64,000 nucleotides of DNA from Selaginella moellendorffii (Eukaryota; Plantae; Lycopodiophyta): contig NW_003314274.1 of assembly GCF_000143415.4 (NCBI RefSeq), positions 2,648,623 to 2,712,622 of the forward strand. Direction: 5' to 3'. The notes beneath the pieces are model-generated. The model was not told the DNA's origin. It saw only the letters and a list, made by a program, of their open reading frames with translations, and searched no databases. Below are positions 26,031 through 39,900 of the stretch, piece by piece. The position numbers and the translations under genes were made by a program. How positions within the stretch are numbered: position 1 is the stretch's first letter; each line of letters begins with the position of its first letter.

Positions 26031-26252
26031 ATTCTTCCCCTCCCAATAAAGTCCTTGTCCCAAGGACTAATTGTATTGGTGATGACCCATAATATATCTA
26101 AGCTTTGAACATCAAGCCCATATTTCTAAACATCCAATACCGACATTCACATAAATGTAAAATGAATATCCAAGGCTTGATCACGAAGACCATATCTTTG
26201 GATATCCACATTGCACCAACACTTTTCTACAACCACCTTCAAGATCCAATGT

Positions 26253-29200
26253 TGTCACGAATGTGACATCAGGTATCGAAAGTTACTTGTCGGCCAATCC
26301 TTACGGACACTCTTTCCTTACTGCCACGATGGCAGGAGGTCAGTATTGCTAGTTCCCTTTATCAGCCCCTCTTGTTCAAGTGTTAGTTTACTGGGCTTAG
26401 CACCTGTACTTAGCTAGATGGACATAAGGTAGGAACTCCTATGTGTTTCTAGTTGAGCATACTCGGCCTAGCTCTTAGTTCTCTTTTGCTCTGTCTTGCA
26501 CTGGCTTGACAAGAACCCTCACGTATTGAGATTAGTCCCTCAATATCGCTAGATGATAGCTTACTGTGTCTGCCAAACACCCTCGCTATCATGCCCTTTG
26601 TGTTAGTCTCATTGCAGTCCTAAATGCTATTTATGGAAAGTGTCCAGATTTGCTCATTTGGCATATCTATGGAATGTAGAGATTGTTCTGAACACAATGG
26701 TGTTTGTCCCGTGTCCAAATTCACAATCTAAAGATATTCCATATTTAGTAAGTTTCGAGCTTGTCCTAGAGACTAACTCCTGATACTAAGGGAGGCTTGG
26801 GGTGAAAGCCCAAAGCGTGTGTTCCTCAAGGGGGGGGGGGGGGGGCTGGCTTGGGTCTAAGCCCAAGTTCCATTCTATACTAGCTGGTGGAGTACCTATA
26901 TCCTTGCGTTAGGCCACTAGTATGCTGAAATAGCGCCAGACTCCGTTTGGCTCCATTTTGCATGCTGGTCCTGGCATTGGAAAGCTGGTTGCTCCAGGAC
27001 TGTTCCAAGTCGCTTTAGTCTCCTGTCCCTTCGCTCCTTGGGCTATATGCTCGGGAGTTGCTCCGTGGTTTGGTTCCATCACTCCTTGGCTCCACGCTTG
27101 GGAGTTTGGCACCGTTCCTTCGTTCAGTGGCCTAAGGCCCTGAAACTTGAGTTCCACACCACGTTCCTTTGGACATGTGGCATGTGACATGTGGCATCTA
27201 TCATGTGGCACAAAGAGGGTTTAGGTTCCGCTTTGTGGTGTTATCCTATGGTAAATCACCATAGGATAAAGGGTAAAAACCACTTGCGCTACATTTGGTA
27301 TCAGAGGATGAGTCTCAGTGAGTACTATCTAATGACATTGGGCAACTAGTCTCGTTGCATATGTAGAGATGAAAACGATGATCCGATTGGGTACGCGTTT
27401 GGGTGCAAAGACTTTGCAATTGTTCCTTGGGTATGGATTTGGTTACTGTTTTGTACCAAATTATGTGAGCTTGCTCTTGGGCTCATGAGATGGATGTAAG
27501 ATGTTCCGGTTGTACGAGTTTACGCTTGGGCTCGTGAGTGAGGCACATTAGCAACTCGAGGTTACACTTTGAGTTGGCAGGATTAATATTAGCCTATCGG
27601 TGGTTCCATGAGTTGTAACATGTACCGTAGGTGAAAGTAAACCTTCCCTAGGTTTGCTATAAGTGGCAAATAGGCTGGTCCGTAGCTGTTTAGCACGGCA
27701 CTAGTGGATCCTTCTTAGGCATGATTATGAGTGGATCAATCAAGACTGTAGGGATTAGTCTATTGGTTCAAGTAATCATTGCCGTGCTCTCTCATAAACT
27801 TTTCTTAGATTGAACTGAAGGCAGTGCAAAAGCAAACTTAAGGTTTAGTCAAGATGAGGCCGAAAAGAGAGTCATCAGGGATGAAGGATCAAACACGTAA
27901 ATCATTTTCTCTTCTTGGAGAGATGATTTGCAACGAGGTGTTAACTCATTGCTCGTGTTCACATCATGCAAACAAGAGTCCCTATCTTGATGCATGTTGG
28001 AGATGATGGTTTTACAATGGTGAGTTGTGGGATGGATAACAGTGAAGCGCTATACCATTTTGTTTAGGCTTGCTATTGGAAGATTTAGGTTGCAATGTTC
28101 AATTCTTTTCCGAGGAACCTTGCTATTGCCCCTTGAGTAGCTTGGTGTTGGATTAGTTTTGAGTTTGGTTGGAAAGAGAGTGGCATGAGCTTGTCTATGT
28201 TATGAACAAAAGTTAGTGGTGTTGGGTTTTGTAAATCTCTATCGATGGAGTGTGGCACTTATGTTGCATTTTATCGAATTGAGTTGGCACTTGATATTCA
28301 CATAAACCTTTGAAGTAGTGACATGGGTGTTTCTTGTAGTGTTGCTTGATTGATGATTAAGCCATTGTGATTTTATATCATATCCATGAGATAATGAGCA
28401 ATGTGTTTACGAAGTTGCTTGGGTAAACGATGATCAACCCCAAAGTGGTTGATGGTGAAGCTAGTTTACTTGCACGAAGTAGCATTGTAGTAGCTTTGAC
28501 TGGATTCTCGTTGGTGGAAGTGGCATTGTTATTTTGAGTGATGAGGAATTTTCCTTAAAACTTGATTTTCCATGTTATTATTCTTGTTAGTGTTTTGGCT
28601 TCACATTGGATCTTGAAGGTGGTTGAAGAAGAGTGTTAGTGCAAAGGTGGATATCCGAAGATGTGGTCTTCGTGATCAAGCCTTGGATGTTCATTTTGCA
28701 TTTTTTACGGATGTCGGTGTTGGATATCAGAAAAATGGGCAAAGATGTTCGATGCTTAAGCATATTATGGGTCATGAGAATTTGTGTTGAGGTGAACCTA
28801 TGTGAAGTTGTTTGTAGGAGGAAGTTGGTCGAGTCTTGAAAGTTTGCAATCCTAGATTGAGAGTCATTCTTTTTCTAAGATGGAAAATTTTCTATAAATT
28901 TTCTTAGGCTTTTCCAATGGTTGATCTGTCGGTCACTTTGCTTGAAAGCCATTCCATTTTCGTAAGCCAGTACAAACTAGTGAAAGGGTTGGAGTTGACT
29001 TCGGTTAGCTTAGACCTTAATATATAGTTTGTATGATGCAACCCGAAAGGGATACTAACTTTTGGGGCTAAGGCGATTGAGTTGGATAGAGTCTGGAGTT
29101 GGTATAGAAAAGTGGCCGTTGTGCTTTTCTAAGAAGGGTGACTCTTGTGCCTTTTTTTTATAGCGTTGTGCTTGGTGGCAGTTTGCACCTTGCATTTCGT

Positions 29201-32200
29201 TAGACTCTATAAAAGTAGTGAGCTCTCACTGATCTTGACTTAGTCTTGATAGCACTGTGCCTTGGCTGAGGATGGTGATGTCTAACTTAGTTGTTTAAGG
29301 TTGAGATATTGGTACTCGTACTATAGCTTTGTCTGTGAGGAGGTTGTGTACCGATATGAGTCCATCTCATGGTCTTCACTTTAGTTTCGACTAAGTGTTG
29401 ATCACATAGCTAGCCTCTTCAAGGCATGCTCAGAGCTAGTGACTAAATGCATTAGTGAGCTTTTTGCGGTTGAGTTGGATTCGAGTGGTCATTTAGTTTG
29501 TGCTTGTCTATGAACTTTTATCTCATACCTGGGGTATTGTGTTCATGTTGGACAAGTATATAACTTGATGATAAGAGTTGGTGTTTGGGTCTTGTGAAAG
29601 CAAGTTGAAGAGTGACTGTTGGTTGCTTTGCGACTAGTGGTTCCTTATAGACTTCGTCAAGGACTGTTGACACTTGCTTTGCTCAATGATGATTTAGCAG
29701 TGATGGGCTTGCTTTACTGGATGGTGTTGTAGAGGATCGTGTTGTTAGACTTACATGGTTTTTCCATGTTGACATGTCGACTCTACCTTTGTCGATATCA
29801 TTTGGTTACATCTAGTCCGTAGTATTGGATTTCATTAAGTCTTAGACATGGTGAATCACTCCATGATGATCTGTTCTCTATTACTGAGTATTGTTGGAGG
29901 ATTGGTCTCAGATATTAAGGAAAGTATCTTTGACCTTGGTTAGCTTAGTTGCTAAGAAGTTTTGAGTGGTGATTCACTCGTGCTTTCTTCTAGCTTTGTT
30001 ATGGTGTTGATGGCATTGAAGTGATGCCTTATCATTGATATTATTGATGTTGAGATTTAAGTGAAATGAAATGTCTCTTTGATAATTGATGTTGAGTTTC
30101 ATTGGTCTTGATAAAAATAGTGTTGATGATTTGGCTTTAGCTTTGTGTTGTTGGCATTCATGCATTTTGCTAGTTAGCAACTGTATTGACATTTAAATGA
30201 ACTGAGTGGCAAGTTTGAGTTAATTGTGTTCTAGACAAGATTGTTTAGTAGAGGTTGAGATTTAGTTTTTCCTTGAAAAGTGATTTAGTCATGGACTAGG
30301 CTAACTCTACAAGGATAAAAGTTAGTGATTGATATTAAAATGTTGAGTCTTTATTGGATTTGAGTTTAGGATATGTCGATCATTGATGATTCTCTTTGTG
30401 CTTGTTATGAAGTGAGTTACGTCTTGCTGTAGATGGATTCATGGAGGATCGTTTAGTGATCACTTGTTGAGCATCGCTTTATTATACTTAGCTTTTGGAT
30501 TGATGCAGATATGCTCTTCATTAGTTTTGCATTATGAAGTTTAGCTTATGGATGTGTTGAGGAGGATATTATGGATTGTGCCATGATTTCTTCTTTAGCA
30601 TTGAAGTTAGTTCATGTGAGATTCGTGATCGTTGCTAGGCATGATTTGGCTATAAACTTCTTTGAGCATTTGGTTCCTTGAGTTTTGTGCTCATTATTCC
30701 ATTTGTTAGAAGTTGTTGGGGAAGGCATTTTGGCTCATTAGCTTCGATGTTGAAGTTGGCTTTTGCTTCTAACAATCATTGGTGATGATTGACTATCATC
30801 TAGAATAATTGATTATCCTTGTCAAAGGCTTTGCTTGATTATCGTTGATCTATAATGATTTGCTATTCTTTGGCTTAAACTTTAGTAGATAGTTTGTATG
30901 ATGCGACCCGAAAGGGGATGCTGACATTTTGGGGTTAAGGCAATTGAGTTGGATAGAGTATGGAGTTGGTGTAGAAAAGTGGCCGTTGTGCTTTTCTAGA
31001 AAGGTAACCTTTGTGCCTTTCTTCTATAGTGTTTTGCTTGGTGGTAGGTTGCACCTTGCATTTCGTTAGACTCTATGACAGTAGTGAGCTCTCACTGATC
31101 TTGACTTAATCTTGGTAGCCTTGCGCCTTGGTTGAGGATAGTGATGTCCAGCTTAGTTGTTTAAGGTTGAGATGTTGGTACCCATACTATAGCTTGTCTA
31201 TAAGTAAGTTGTATACCAATATGAGTCCATCTCATGGTCTTCACTTTAATTTCAACTAAGTGTTGATCATGCATACCTAGCCTCTTCAAGGCATACTTAG
31301 AGCTATTGGTTAAATGCATTAGTGAGCTTATTGTGGTTGAGTTGGATTCGAGTGGTTATTTAGTTTGTGCTTGTTCATGAACTAATATTTTGTATCTTGG
31401 GTATTACGTTCATATTGGACAAGTATATGACTCGATGACATGAGTTTAGTGTTTGGGTCTTGTGAAGGCAAGTTAAAGAGTAATTGTTGGTTGCTCTGTG
31501 ACTAATGATTGCTTAGAGACTTCGTTGAGGACTGTTTAACACTTGCTTCGCTTGATGATGATTTAGTAGTGATGGGCTTGCTTTATTGGATGGTTCTGTG
31601 GAGGATCGTGTCATGGCTTACATAGGTTTTTCATGTTGGCATGTCGATTCTACCTTTGTCAATATCATTTGGGGACGTTTAGTTCATAGTGTTAGATTTC
31701 ATTGAGTCTTGGATGTGGTGAATCATTCATTAATAATATATTATCTATAGAGTAATTTTGAAAGATTTGGTTTCAGATATTAACTAAAGTATCTTCGACT
31801 TTGGTTAGCTTAGTTGCTAGGGAGTTTTGAGTGGTGATTCACTTGTGCTTTCTTCTAGCTTTGTTATAGTGTTGGTGGCATTGAAGTGATGCCTTGTCAT
31901 TGATATTATTGGTGTTGAGACTCAAGTGAAATGAAATGTCTCTCTATAGGATTGATATTGAGTTTCATTTTTCTTGATGTAAATAGTGTTGATGATTTGG
32001 CTTTAACTTTGTGTTGTTAGCATTCATGCAATTGCTAGTTAGCAACTGTATTGACATTCAAATGAACTAAGTGGCAAGTTTCAGGTTGTTGTGTTCTAGA
32101 AGAAATTGTTTAGTAAGGGTTGAGCTTTAAGCTTTTCCTTGAAAAGTTATTTAGTCGTGGACTATGCTAATTCTACAAGTGGAAGAGTTAGTGATTGATA

Positions 32201-34606
32201 TTGGAATGTTTGAATCCTTATTAGATTTGAGTTAGAATATATTGATCATTTGATGATTCCTCTTGTGCTTGTTACGATATGAGTTATGTCTTGCTATAGA
32301 TGGATTTATAGAGGATCGTTTGATGATCACTTGTTGAGTATAACTTTGTTATGTTTGACTTTTAGATTGATGCATATATGATCTTCATTAGCTTTGCATT
32401 ATAAAGTTTAGCTTATGAATGTGTTAAGGAGGATATTATGGATTGTGCCATGATTTTTTCTTTAGCATTGAAGCTAGTTTATGCGAGACTCATGATCATT
32501 GTTAGGCAAGACTAGGATTTGGACTTCTTCGAGCTTTTGGTTCCTTGAGTTTTCATATTCATTATTCCATTTGTTAGAATTTGTTGGGGAAGGCATTTTA
32601 GCTCATCAGCTTTGATGTTGAAGTTGGCTTTTGCATTAGCAATCTTTGGTATCATCTAAAATAGTTGATTATCCTTGTTAAAAGGTTTTGCTTGATTGTT
32701 GTTGATATAAAATGATTTACTATTCTTCGGGATAGTGGATTTCTTCTTTGACAATGATTATGCATATCTCTTTTGATGGGATGATTGATAATTTTTTATG
32801 ATAGTTAGTTGTTCTCTTTGATAACTTATGGCTTTTTGCAATACCACATGTTCTTTGCGGTTTACTTTGGATTGGTCTCTTGGGTTTGAGACATCAATAG
32901 GATGTTGCTAACGCTTGCTAAAGAAACTTGGGTTCCTTTGTATTGTTGACCGGGATTTATTCAGATTGGTTAGTGCGATGGTTAGTATGACTAAGTGTTT
33001 TTTGGTTTTACCACATTCATTTTGTTCTATTGATTATTGCTCGAGTTAGTTCTAATAGATTAGGATGTTATTTCCTTCGGATGATACATTCACAAGCATT
33101 ATGCTTGTCGATTAAGGATACTTTGTGTTCTTCGAGTTATCTATGGTAAGTTGTTTAGCATACTATATATAATCTTTGGTAGTTATGTTTTCTCATTGAG
33201 TTTCTTTTATGATACACTAGCTTTTGAATTTTGTTAAATGGTGAATCCTATGTTTTCCAATGGTAGTGATCTTGGTGGTTCCTATACTATAATACTAGTT
33301 TATCGGATGATAACTTACTTGGAATACTTTTGTGTTCTAATTTAAGATTTATTCACTGATAATTAAGTCTCTAAGATATCATTGCCTCTGACTTTGATAT
33401 TGTCCATTTATTGATCTTTGAGTTTGGGCTAGTATAAGTAGACTGGCTTCGGCACTTTGTGTGCATGGTGAAATCTCTACTCATAGGGTAGTTACTATCG
33501 ACTGGTCACATCCCCCGCCTCTTTGTCGATGTTCCTTATTCCGTTTAAAAGGGTGTGACCATGTAAACAAGTTTAACTGCTTGTTTACAGTAGTCTATCT
33601 AAAGCTTACCGACAAGTTTAGTTTCTTTGCTTAGGAGGGTTAGGGCCTCTGGCTTCTCTCTCTATGTCCCTGTAGGTAGGGGCATATCACACTTTGTAAG
33701 TTGGGTGACACCCAGAGTAGCAAGGGTGGCTAACTCCATTGGTCATTTCCTTGTCGGTGATGGCCAGAAGATGTCTGAGCTGGTAGTGCATCCGCGTTAG
33801 ACACAGAGGTTGCCTCCTAATTCATTTAAGTTGGTGCACTTTTCACATAGTGTGATCACCGTGAACTTTTTCTGGAGTTGTTTCCTTGGCTGTATTTTAG
33901 ACTCGAGTATGCATTGACGAGGACATCAATCTTCCCTAAGGAGGGAGAGTGTCGCGAATGTGACTTTGGGTATCGAAAGTTGGCCAGTCTGTCGGCCAGT
34001 CCTTACGGACACTCTTTCCTTACTACCACGACGGCAGGAGGTTGGTATTGCTGGACCCTTTATCAGTCACTCTTGTTCAAGTGTTAGTAAGCTGGGATTA
34101 GTATTTGTACTTGGCCGGATAAGCATAAGGAAGGAATTCCTAAGTGTCTATTTATCTAAGTATACTCGGCCTGGCTTGTTAGTTCTCTTTTCCTCTGTCT
34201 TGCATTGGCTTGACAAGAACCTTTGCATATTGAGATTAGTCCCTTAATATTGCTGGATGATAGCTTAACGTGTCTACCAAACACCCTCACTATCATGCCC
34301 TTTGTGTTAGTTTCATTTCGGTCTTAAATGCTATTTAAGGAAAGTGTCTCGACTTGCTCATTTGGCATATCTACGGAATATAGAGATTAGCCTGAACACA
34401 ATGGTGTTCATCCCGTGTCCAAATTCACATTCTAGCGCCATTCCATATTTAGTAAGTTTCGAGCTTGTCCTAGAGATTAACTCCTGATACTAAGGGAGGC
34501 TTGGGGTGAAAGCCCAAAGTGTGTGTTCCTCAAGTGGGGGGGGGGGGGAGGGGGGCTGTGGGGGGTTCCAAATGTATAGTAGGGATAGTGGGTAGGTCGG
34601 GGATGC
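26253..34606 (+). mobile_element. Family-A non-autonomous (LARD-like) LTR element: 5' LTR 26253-27293, PBS, ~6.6-kb internal region, PPT, 3' LTR from 33950 (3'-truncated)
   Basis: LTR runs TGTCACGA...CGCTACA. PBS tggtatcagag at 27296-27306. PPT aaggagggagag before TGTCGCGA at 33950. No long ORF in the internal region. Confidence 0.9.
29004..32728 (+). repeat. ~1.86-kb tandem duplication within the family-A internal region
   Basis: 29004-30870 is repeated at 30870-32728 with many substitutions. The segment is single-copy in the 36981-43485 element. Confidence 0.85.
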
Positions 34607-34609
34607 CAG

Positions 34610-36975
34610 GGTCAACTATTTCGGTCGGAGGAAGAGGCTTTCAATTGTTGCTCATCAACTCAACTATGTGTGGAACAAGTTGGAGTTTGAGGATACTCAT
34701 GAATCAACTTTAATGCTGGAGGGCATCTTCTATGGTAGTCTAGTGTGGATTTTACTGGATAGCGGGAGCGATGACAACTTTGTTCCAGCAAAGTTTGTTG
34801 TAGAGCACGGCTTGGTGATATGAAGATTTCTACTATATACGGTGGAACTTGCAATTACCTCTACTCAGGATTTCAATGCTTATGTAGAGGGGTTAGAAAT
34901 GTTGGTTGGCAAAACCACACTTTTGAAGACTTTTTATCTTGCGGATTTCCATCGTGTGGATCTCATTCTTGGGATGCCATGGTTGGTGAAGGTGGATCCA
35001 GAGATAAAATGGAGTATTAAACGTGTCTTATTATACTACAATGGCATTAAAGATATATGGTTTGGAGAGGGAGTTCAACTTCTAGTTGTTATGCTCTTCG
35101 CTAAATTTTTTAAGCGGGCTTGTTGTAATGGAAAAGCTCTTTCAAGTTACTTGCTATTTGTTCATGACTTGGGAAACCAAGGCATATGTGGGGGAGAACA
35201 ATACAAGATGTACTCAATGAGTTTTCTAATGTTTTTCCATCTGAACTTCCTCATGGGTTGCCTCTATTACGAGGTGTGGAGCATGGGATTACATTAGAGC
35301 TAGAGATGTGACCAATTTACCAACGTCCACTTCAGTTGAGTTATATAGAAGAACAAAAAGTTCAATGACAAGTTAAGGAATTACTTGAGTTTGGATTTAT
35401 TCAGCCAAATAAGTCTCTGTTTGGTGCTCTAGTATTGCTTGTGAAGAAGAAGGATGATTCAATACAAATGTCTATTGCCTACTGTACCTTCAACAAAAGG
35501 ACACTAAAGGATAAAATGCAAATACTGCATGTGGATGATATCTTAGACAAACTTGGTAAAGCACAAGTGTTTACTAAGTTTGATTTGAGAAATGTATATC
35601 ATCAGATTGCAATAGATGATGCATGTATTTCTAAGACGACATTCAACACAAGCTTCAGATATTTTGAATTTATAGTTATGCTGTTTGGTTTGACGAATGC
35701 ACTAACCATATTTACTTGGTGGATGATAGAGGTATTTGGGCATTATCTTCATGAGTTTGTGGAGATTTTCTTTGTCACAATATAGCCTAGATATTCCATG
35801 TTTGACTTTGAAAACTTATATTTGCTTTGCTTTGTATAAAGTTAGTTTGCTATCACGGAGTAACAAAAGAACCTTATGCAAATGCACTTTATAATCTTCC
35901 ATATTCTTGCTGAAAGCAAGAATATTGTCTTCTAAAGGTGTCAAGACAGATCTAGGAAAGGTGGCTTTGGTGGAGAACTGACCTACATTGACTATAGTGG
36001 CTAAGTTATGCAGTTTATTTTATATGGCTAGTTACTACTAACGTTTCTAGTATAAATTTGTGGAGGTGGCTATTCCTTTGACATTATTGTTGTGCAAAAA
36101 TGTGTCATTCGAGTGCAAGAAGCCACAAGAGGAGAGTTTTGTAGCGTTGAAATGGTTGTTAAGTAAGGCTCTAGTACTTTGCATTGCTAATCCATCAAAA
36201 CATTACAAAATAACATGTGATGCGAGTGGTTATGCATTGAGAGGAGCTCTCATGCAAGAGGGACAGCCTATTTCATATGAGAGTCGAACTTTGAATCCTG
36301 TAGAGTAACACTATTTTACATATGAGCAAGAGTTACTCTCCATTCATGCTTTATAGATATGCCAACATTATCTTTATGGTGTAGTGTTTATGGTGTCGAC
36401 AAATCATAAATATCTTATGTATCTTTTCACATAAAAAGAGTTAAACACTAGGCAATCTTATTGAATGGTCAAATTCATGGAGTTTGGGGAGTTTCTTATT
36501 AAGCATCTTCTGGGAAAATCATGTGGTGGTAGATGCTTTATATCATGTTCGTTACGTGATAGCGTTACAAACATGGTTTTTTCATCATTTGAGTGATATG
36601 GTTAGTGAGTTTCGGCAGTTGGTTGAGCATACTCAGGCTCAAGATGTTGAGGTGGCCTCCTTGCAAGACCAAATGGAAGGACCTTTCTCATTGGTGGATG
36701 GGATTCTTTACTACAATGGTTGTGTATATTTGCCACAGGTGGATGTGTTAATTACTCAAGTTTTGTTCCATTACCATGATCATCTAGAGGCCGGTCATTT
36801 TGGGGGGAAGAAGACATATGAGTTGATTAAGTGCAATTTTTATTGGAGGACTATAAAGGCTAATATCCTCAAGTATTATAAATCATGTGAGCTCTATTAG
36901 TGGCTTAAGGAGCCACAGGAGAAGCCGGGGGGACTTTTGCAACATTTACCTATTCCACAAAACCATTGGTGTAGT
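34610..36975 (+). pseudogene. Ty3/gypsy pol pseudogene (protease-RT-RNaseH-integrase N-terminus), same family as 3970-6310
   Basis: LLDSG protease motif at ~34752; DLILGMPWL; FTKFDLRNVYHQI; CDASGYAL; FSLVDGILYYNG..HYHDHLEAGHFGGKK shared with the minus-strand copy. Confidence 0.9.
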
Positions 36976-36980
36976 AACTC

Positions 36981-39900
36981 ATAGCATTTGGGACCGAAAT
37001 GAGACTAACACAAAGGGCATGATAGCGAGGGTGTTTGGCAGACACGGTAAGTTATCATGTAGCGATATTAAGGGACTAATCTCAATATGCGAGGGTTCTT
37101 GTCAAGCCAGTGCAAGACAGAGCAAAAGAGAACTAACAAGCCGGGCCAAGTATGCTCAGCTAAATAGACACTTAGGAATTCCTTCCTTATGCTCATCCGG
37201 CCAAGTACAGATGCAAAGTCCAGTTTACTAACACTTGAACAAGAGGGACTAATAAAGGGTCCAGCAATACCGACCTCCTGCCATCGTGGCAGTAAGGTAA
37301 GAGTGTCCGTAAGGACTGGCCGATAGGTAACTTTCGATACCTGAACTCACATTCGCGACACTCTCCCCCCCTAGGGAAGATCGACGTCCTCGTCGATGCA
37401 TACTCCAGTCTAGAATACCGCCAAGGAAACAACTCCATAAAAAGTTCACGGTACTCACACTATGTGAGAAATGCACCAACTTAAATGAGTTAAGGGGTAA
37501 CCTCTTTGTCTAACGCGGATGCGCTACCAGCTCAGACACCTTCTGGCCGTCGCCGACAAGGAAATGACCAACAGAGTTAGCCACCCTTGCTGCTCTGGGT
37601 GTCACCCAGCTACAAAAGTGTGATATGCCCCTGCCTGTAGGAACATAGAGAGAGAAGCCAGAGGCCCCAACCCTCCTGAGCAAAGAAACCAAACCCGTTG
37701 GTAAGGTTTAGATAGACTACTATAAATAGGCAGTTAGAGTTGTTTACACGGTCATGCCCTTTTAACGGAATAAAGAACATCGACAGAGAGGCGGGTTATG
37801 TGACCAGTCGACAGTAGCTACCCCATGACTAGAGATTTCACCATGCACACGAAGTGCCGAAGCCAGTCTACCCATTACTAGCCCAAACTCAAAGATCAAT
37901 AGATGGACAATAGCAAAGTCATAGACAATGATATTTTAGATATTTAATTATCAGTGAATAAAGCTTAGATTAGAACACAAAAGTATTCCAAGTAAGTTAT
38001 CATTCGATAAACTAGTATTATAGTATAAGAACCACCAAGATCACTATCATTGGAAAACATAGGATTCACCATCCAACAAAATTCAATAGCAAGTATATTA
38101 TCAAGTAAACTCAATGATAAAACTTAACTACCGAAAATGGCAGATAGCATGCCAAACAACTCACAAAACACAACTCAAAGAACACAAAGTATCATTGACT
38201 AACAAGCACAATGCTCGCGAATGTATCACCCGAAGGAAATAACATCCTAATCTATGAGAACTAACTCGAGCAATAATCAACAGAACAAAATGAATATTGC
38301 AAAGCAAACAAACGCTTGTTCATATCAACCATTGCACTAGCCAATCCAGATAGATCCCAGCCAATAACACCAAGGAACTCAAGTTGCCTAAGCAAGTGTC
38401 AGTAACATCTTACTGATGTCTCAAACCCAAGAGACTAATCCAGAGCAAACCACAAAGAACATGTGGTATTGCGAAAAGCCAAAAGCCATCAAAGAGAACA
38501 ACTAACCATTATAAAAGATCATCAATCATCCCATCAATAAAGAGATGCATAATCGTCATTGAAGAAAGAATCCACCATCCCGAAGAATGGCAAATCATTC
38601 TAGATCAACGATAATCAAGCAAAACCTTCGACAAGGATAATCAACTTTCCTAGATGATAGTCAATCATCACCAATGATTGCTAGATGCAAAAGCCAACTT
38701 CAACATCGAAGCTAACAAGCCAAAATGCCTTCCCCAACAACTTCAAACAAATGGAACAATGAGCACAAAACTCAATGAACCAAAAGCTCGAAGAAGCCTA
38801 TAGCTAAGTCTTGCCTAATAATGATCACGAGTCTCATAGAAGCTAACTTCAATGCTAAAGAAGAAATCATGGTGCAACCCACAATATCTTCCTCAACACA
38901 TTCATAAGCCAAACTTCATAATGTCAAAGCTAATGAATAGCATTTCTACATCAATCCAAAAGCTAAGCAAAATGGAGCTATACTCAATAAGTGATCACCA
39001 AACCGATCCTTTATGAATCCATCTACAGCATGACGTAATTCACCTCATAACAAGCACAAGAAAAATCATCAATGATCGATATATCTCAATTGAAATCCAA
39101 CAAGGATTCAATCACTTTAATACCAATCACTAACTCTTCTTCTCATAGAGGTAGCATTGTCCACGACTAAATCACTTTTCAAGGACAAGCTTAAAGCTCA
39201 ACCCTTACTAAACAAACTCATCGAGAACACAACTAACTCAACTTGCCACTCAGTTCATTTGAACGTCAACACAGTTGCTAACTAGCAAATGCATGAATGC
39301 CAACAACACAAAGCTAAAGCCAAATCATCAACACTTTTCATCAAGACTAATGAAACTCAATATCAATCCTAAGGAAAGACATTTCATTTCACTCAAGTCT
39401 CAATATCAACAATATCAATGACAAGGCATCACTTCAATGCCATCAACATCATAACAAAACTAGAAGAAAGTAAGAGTGAATCACCACCCAAAACTTCCTA
39501 GCAACCAAGCTAACCAAAGTCGAAGATACTTAGTTAGTATCCGAGACCAATCCTTCAGCAATACTCAGTTTCAGATAACATATCATCAAGGAGTGATTCA
39601 CCACATCCACGACTCAATGAAATCCAACATTACGGACCAAACGTAACCAAATGATATCGACAAAGGAATTGACATGCCAACATGGAAAAATCATGCAAGC
39701 CTAATGACACGATCCTTCACAACACCATCCGGTAAAGCAAGCCCATCACTGCTGAATCATCATCGAGCAAAGCAAGTGTCAACAGTTCTTGACGAAGTCA
39801 ACAAGCAATCACTAGTCGCAAAGCAACTAACACTCACTCCTCAACTTGCCTTCACAAGACCTAAACACCAACTCTTGTCATTAAGTTATATACTTGTCCA

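Noticed and set aside
26775-26830. Possible hammerhead ribozyme (retrozyme) in LTR A around CTGATAC...GAAA
   Set aside because: The core needs CUGANGA and three flanking helices; neither is present.
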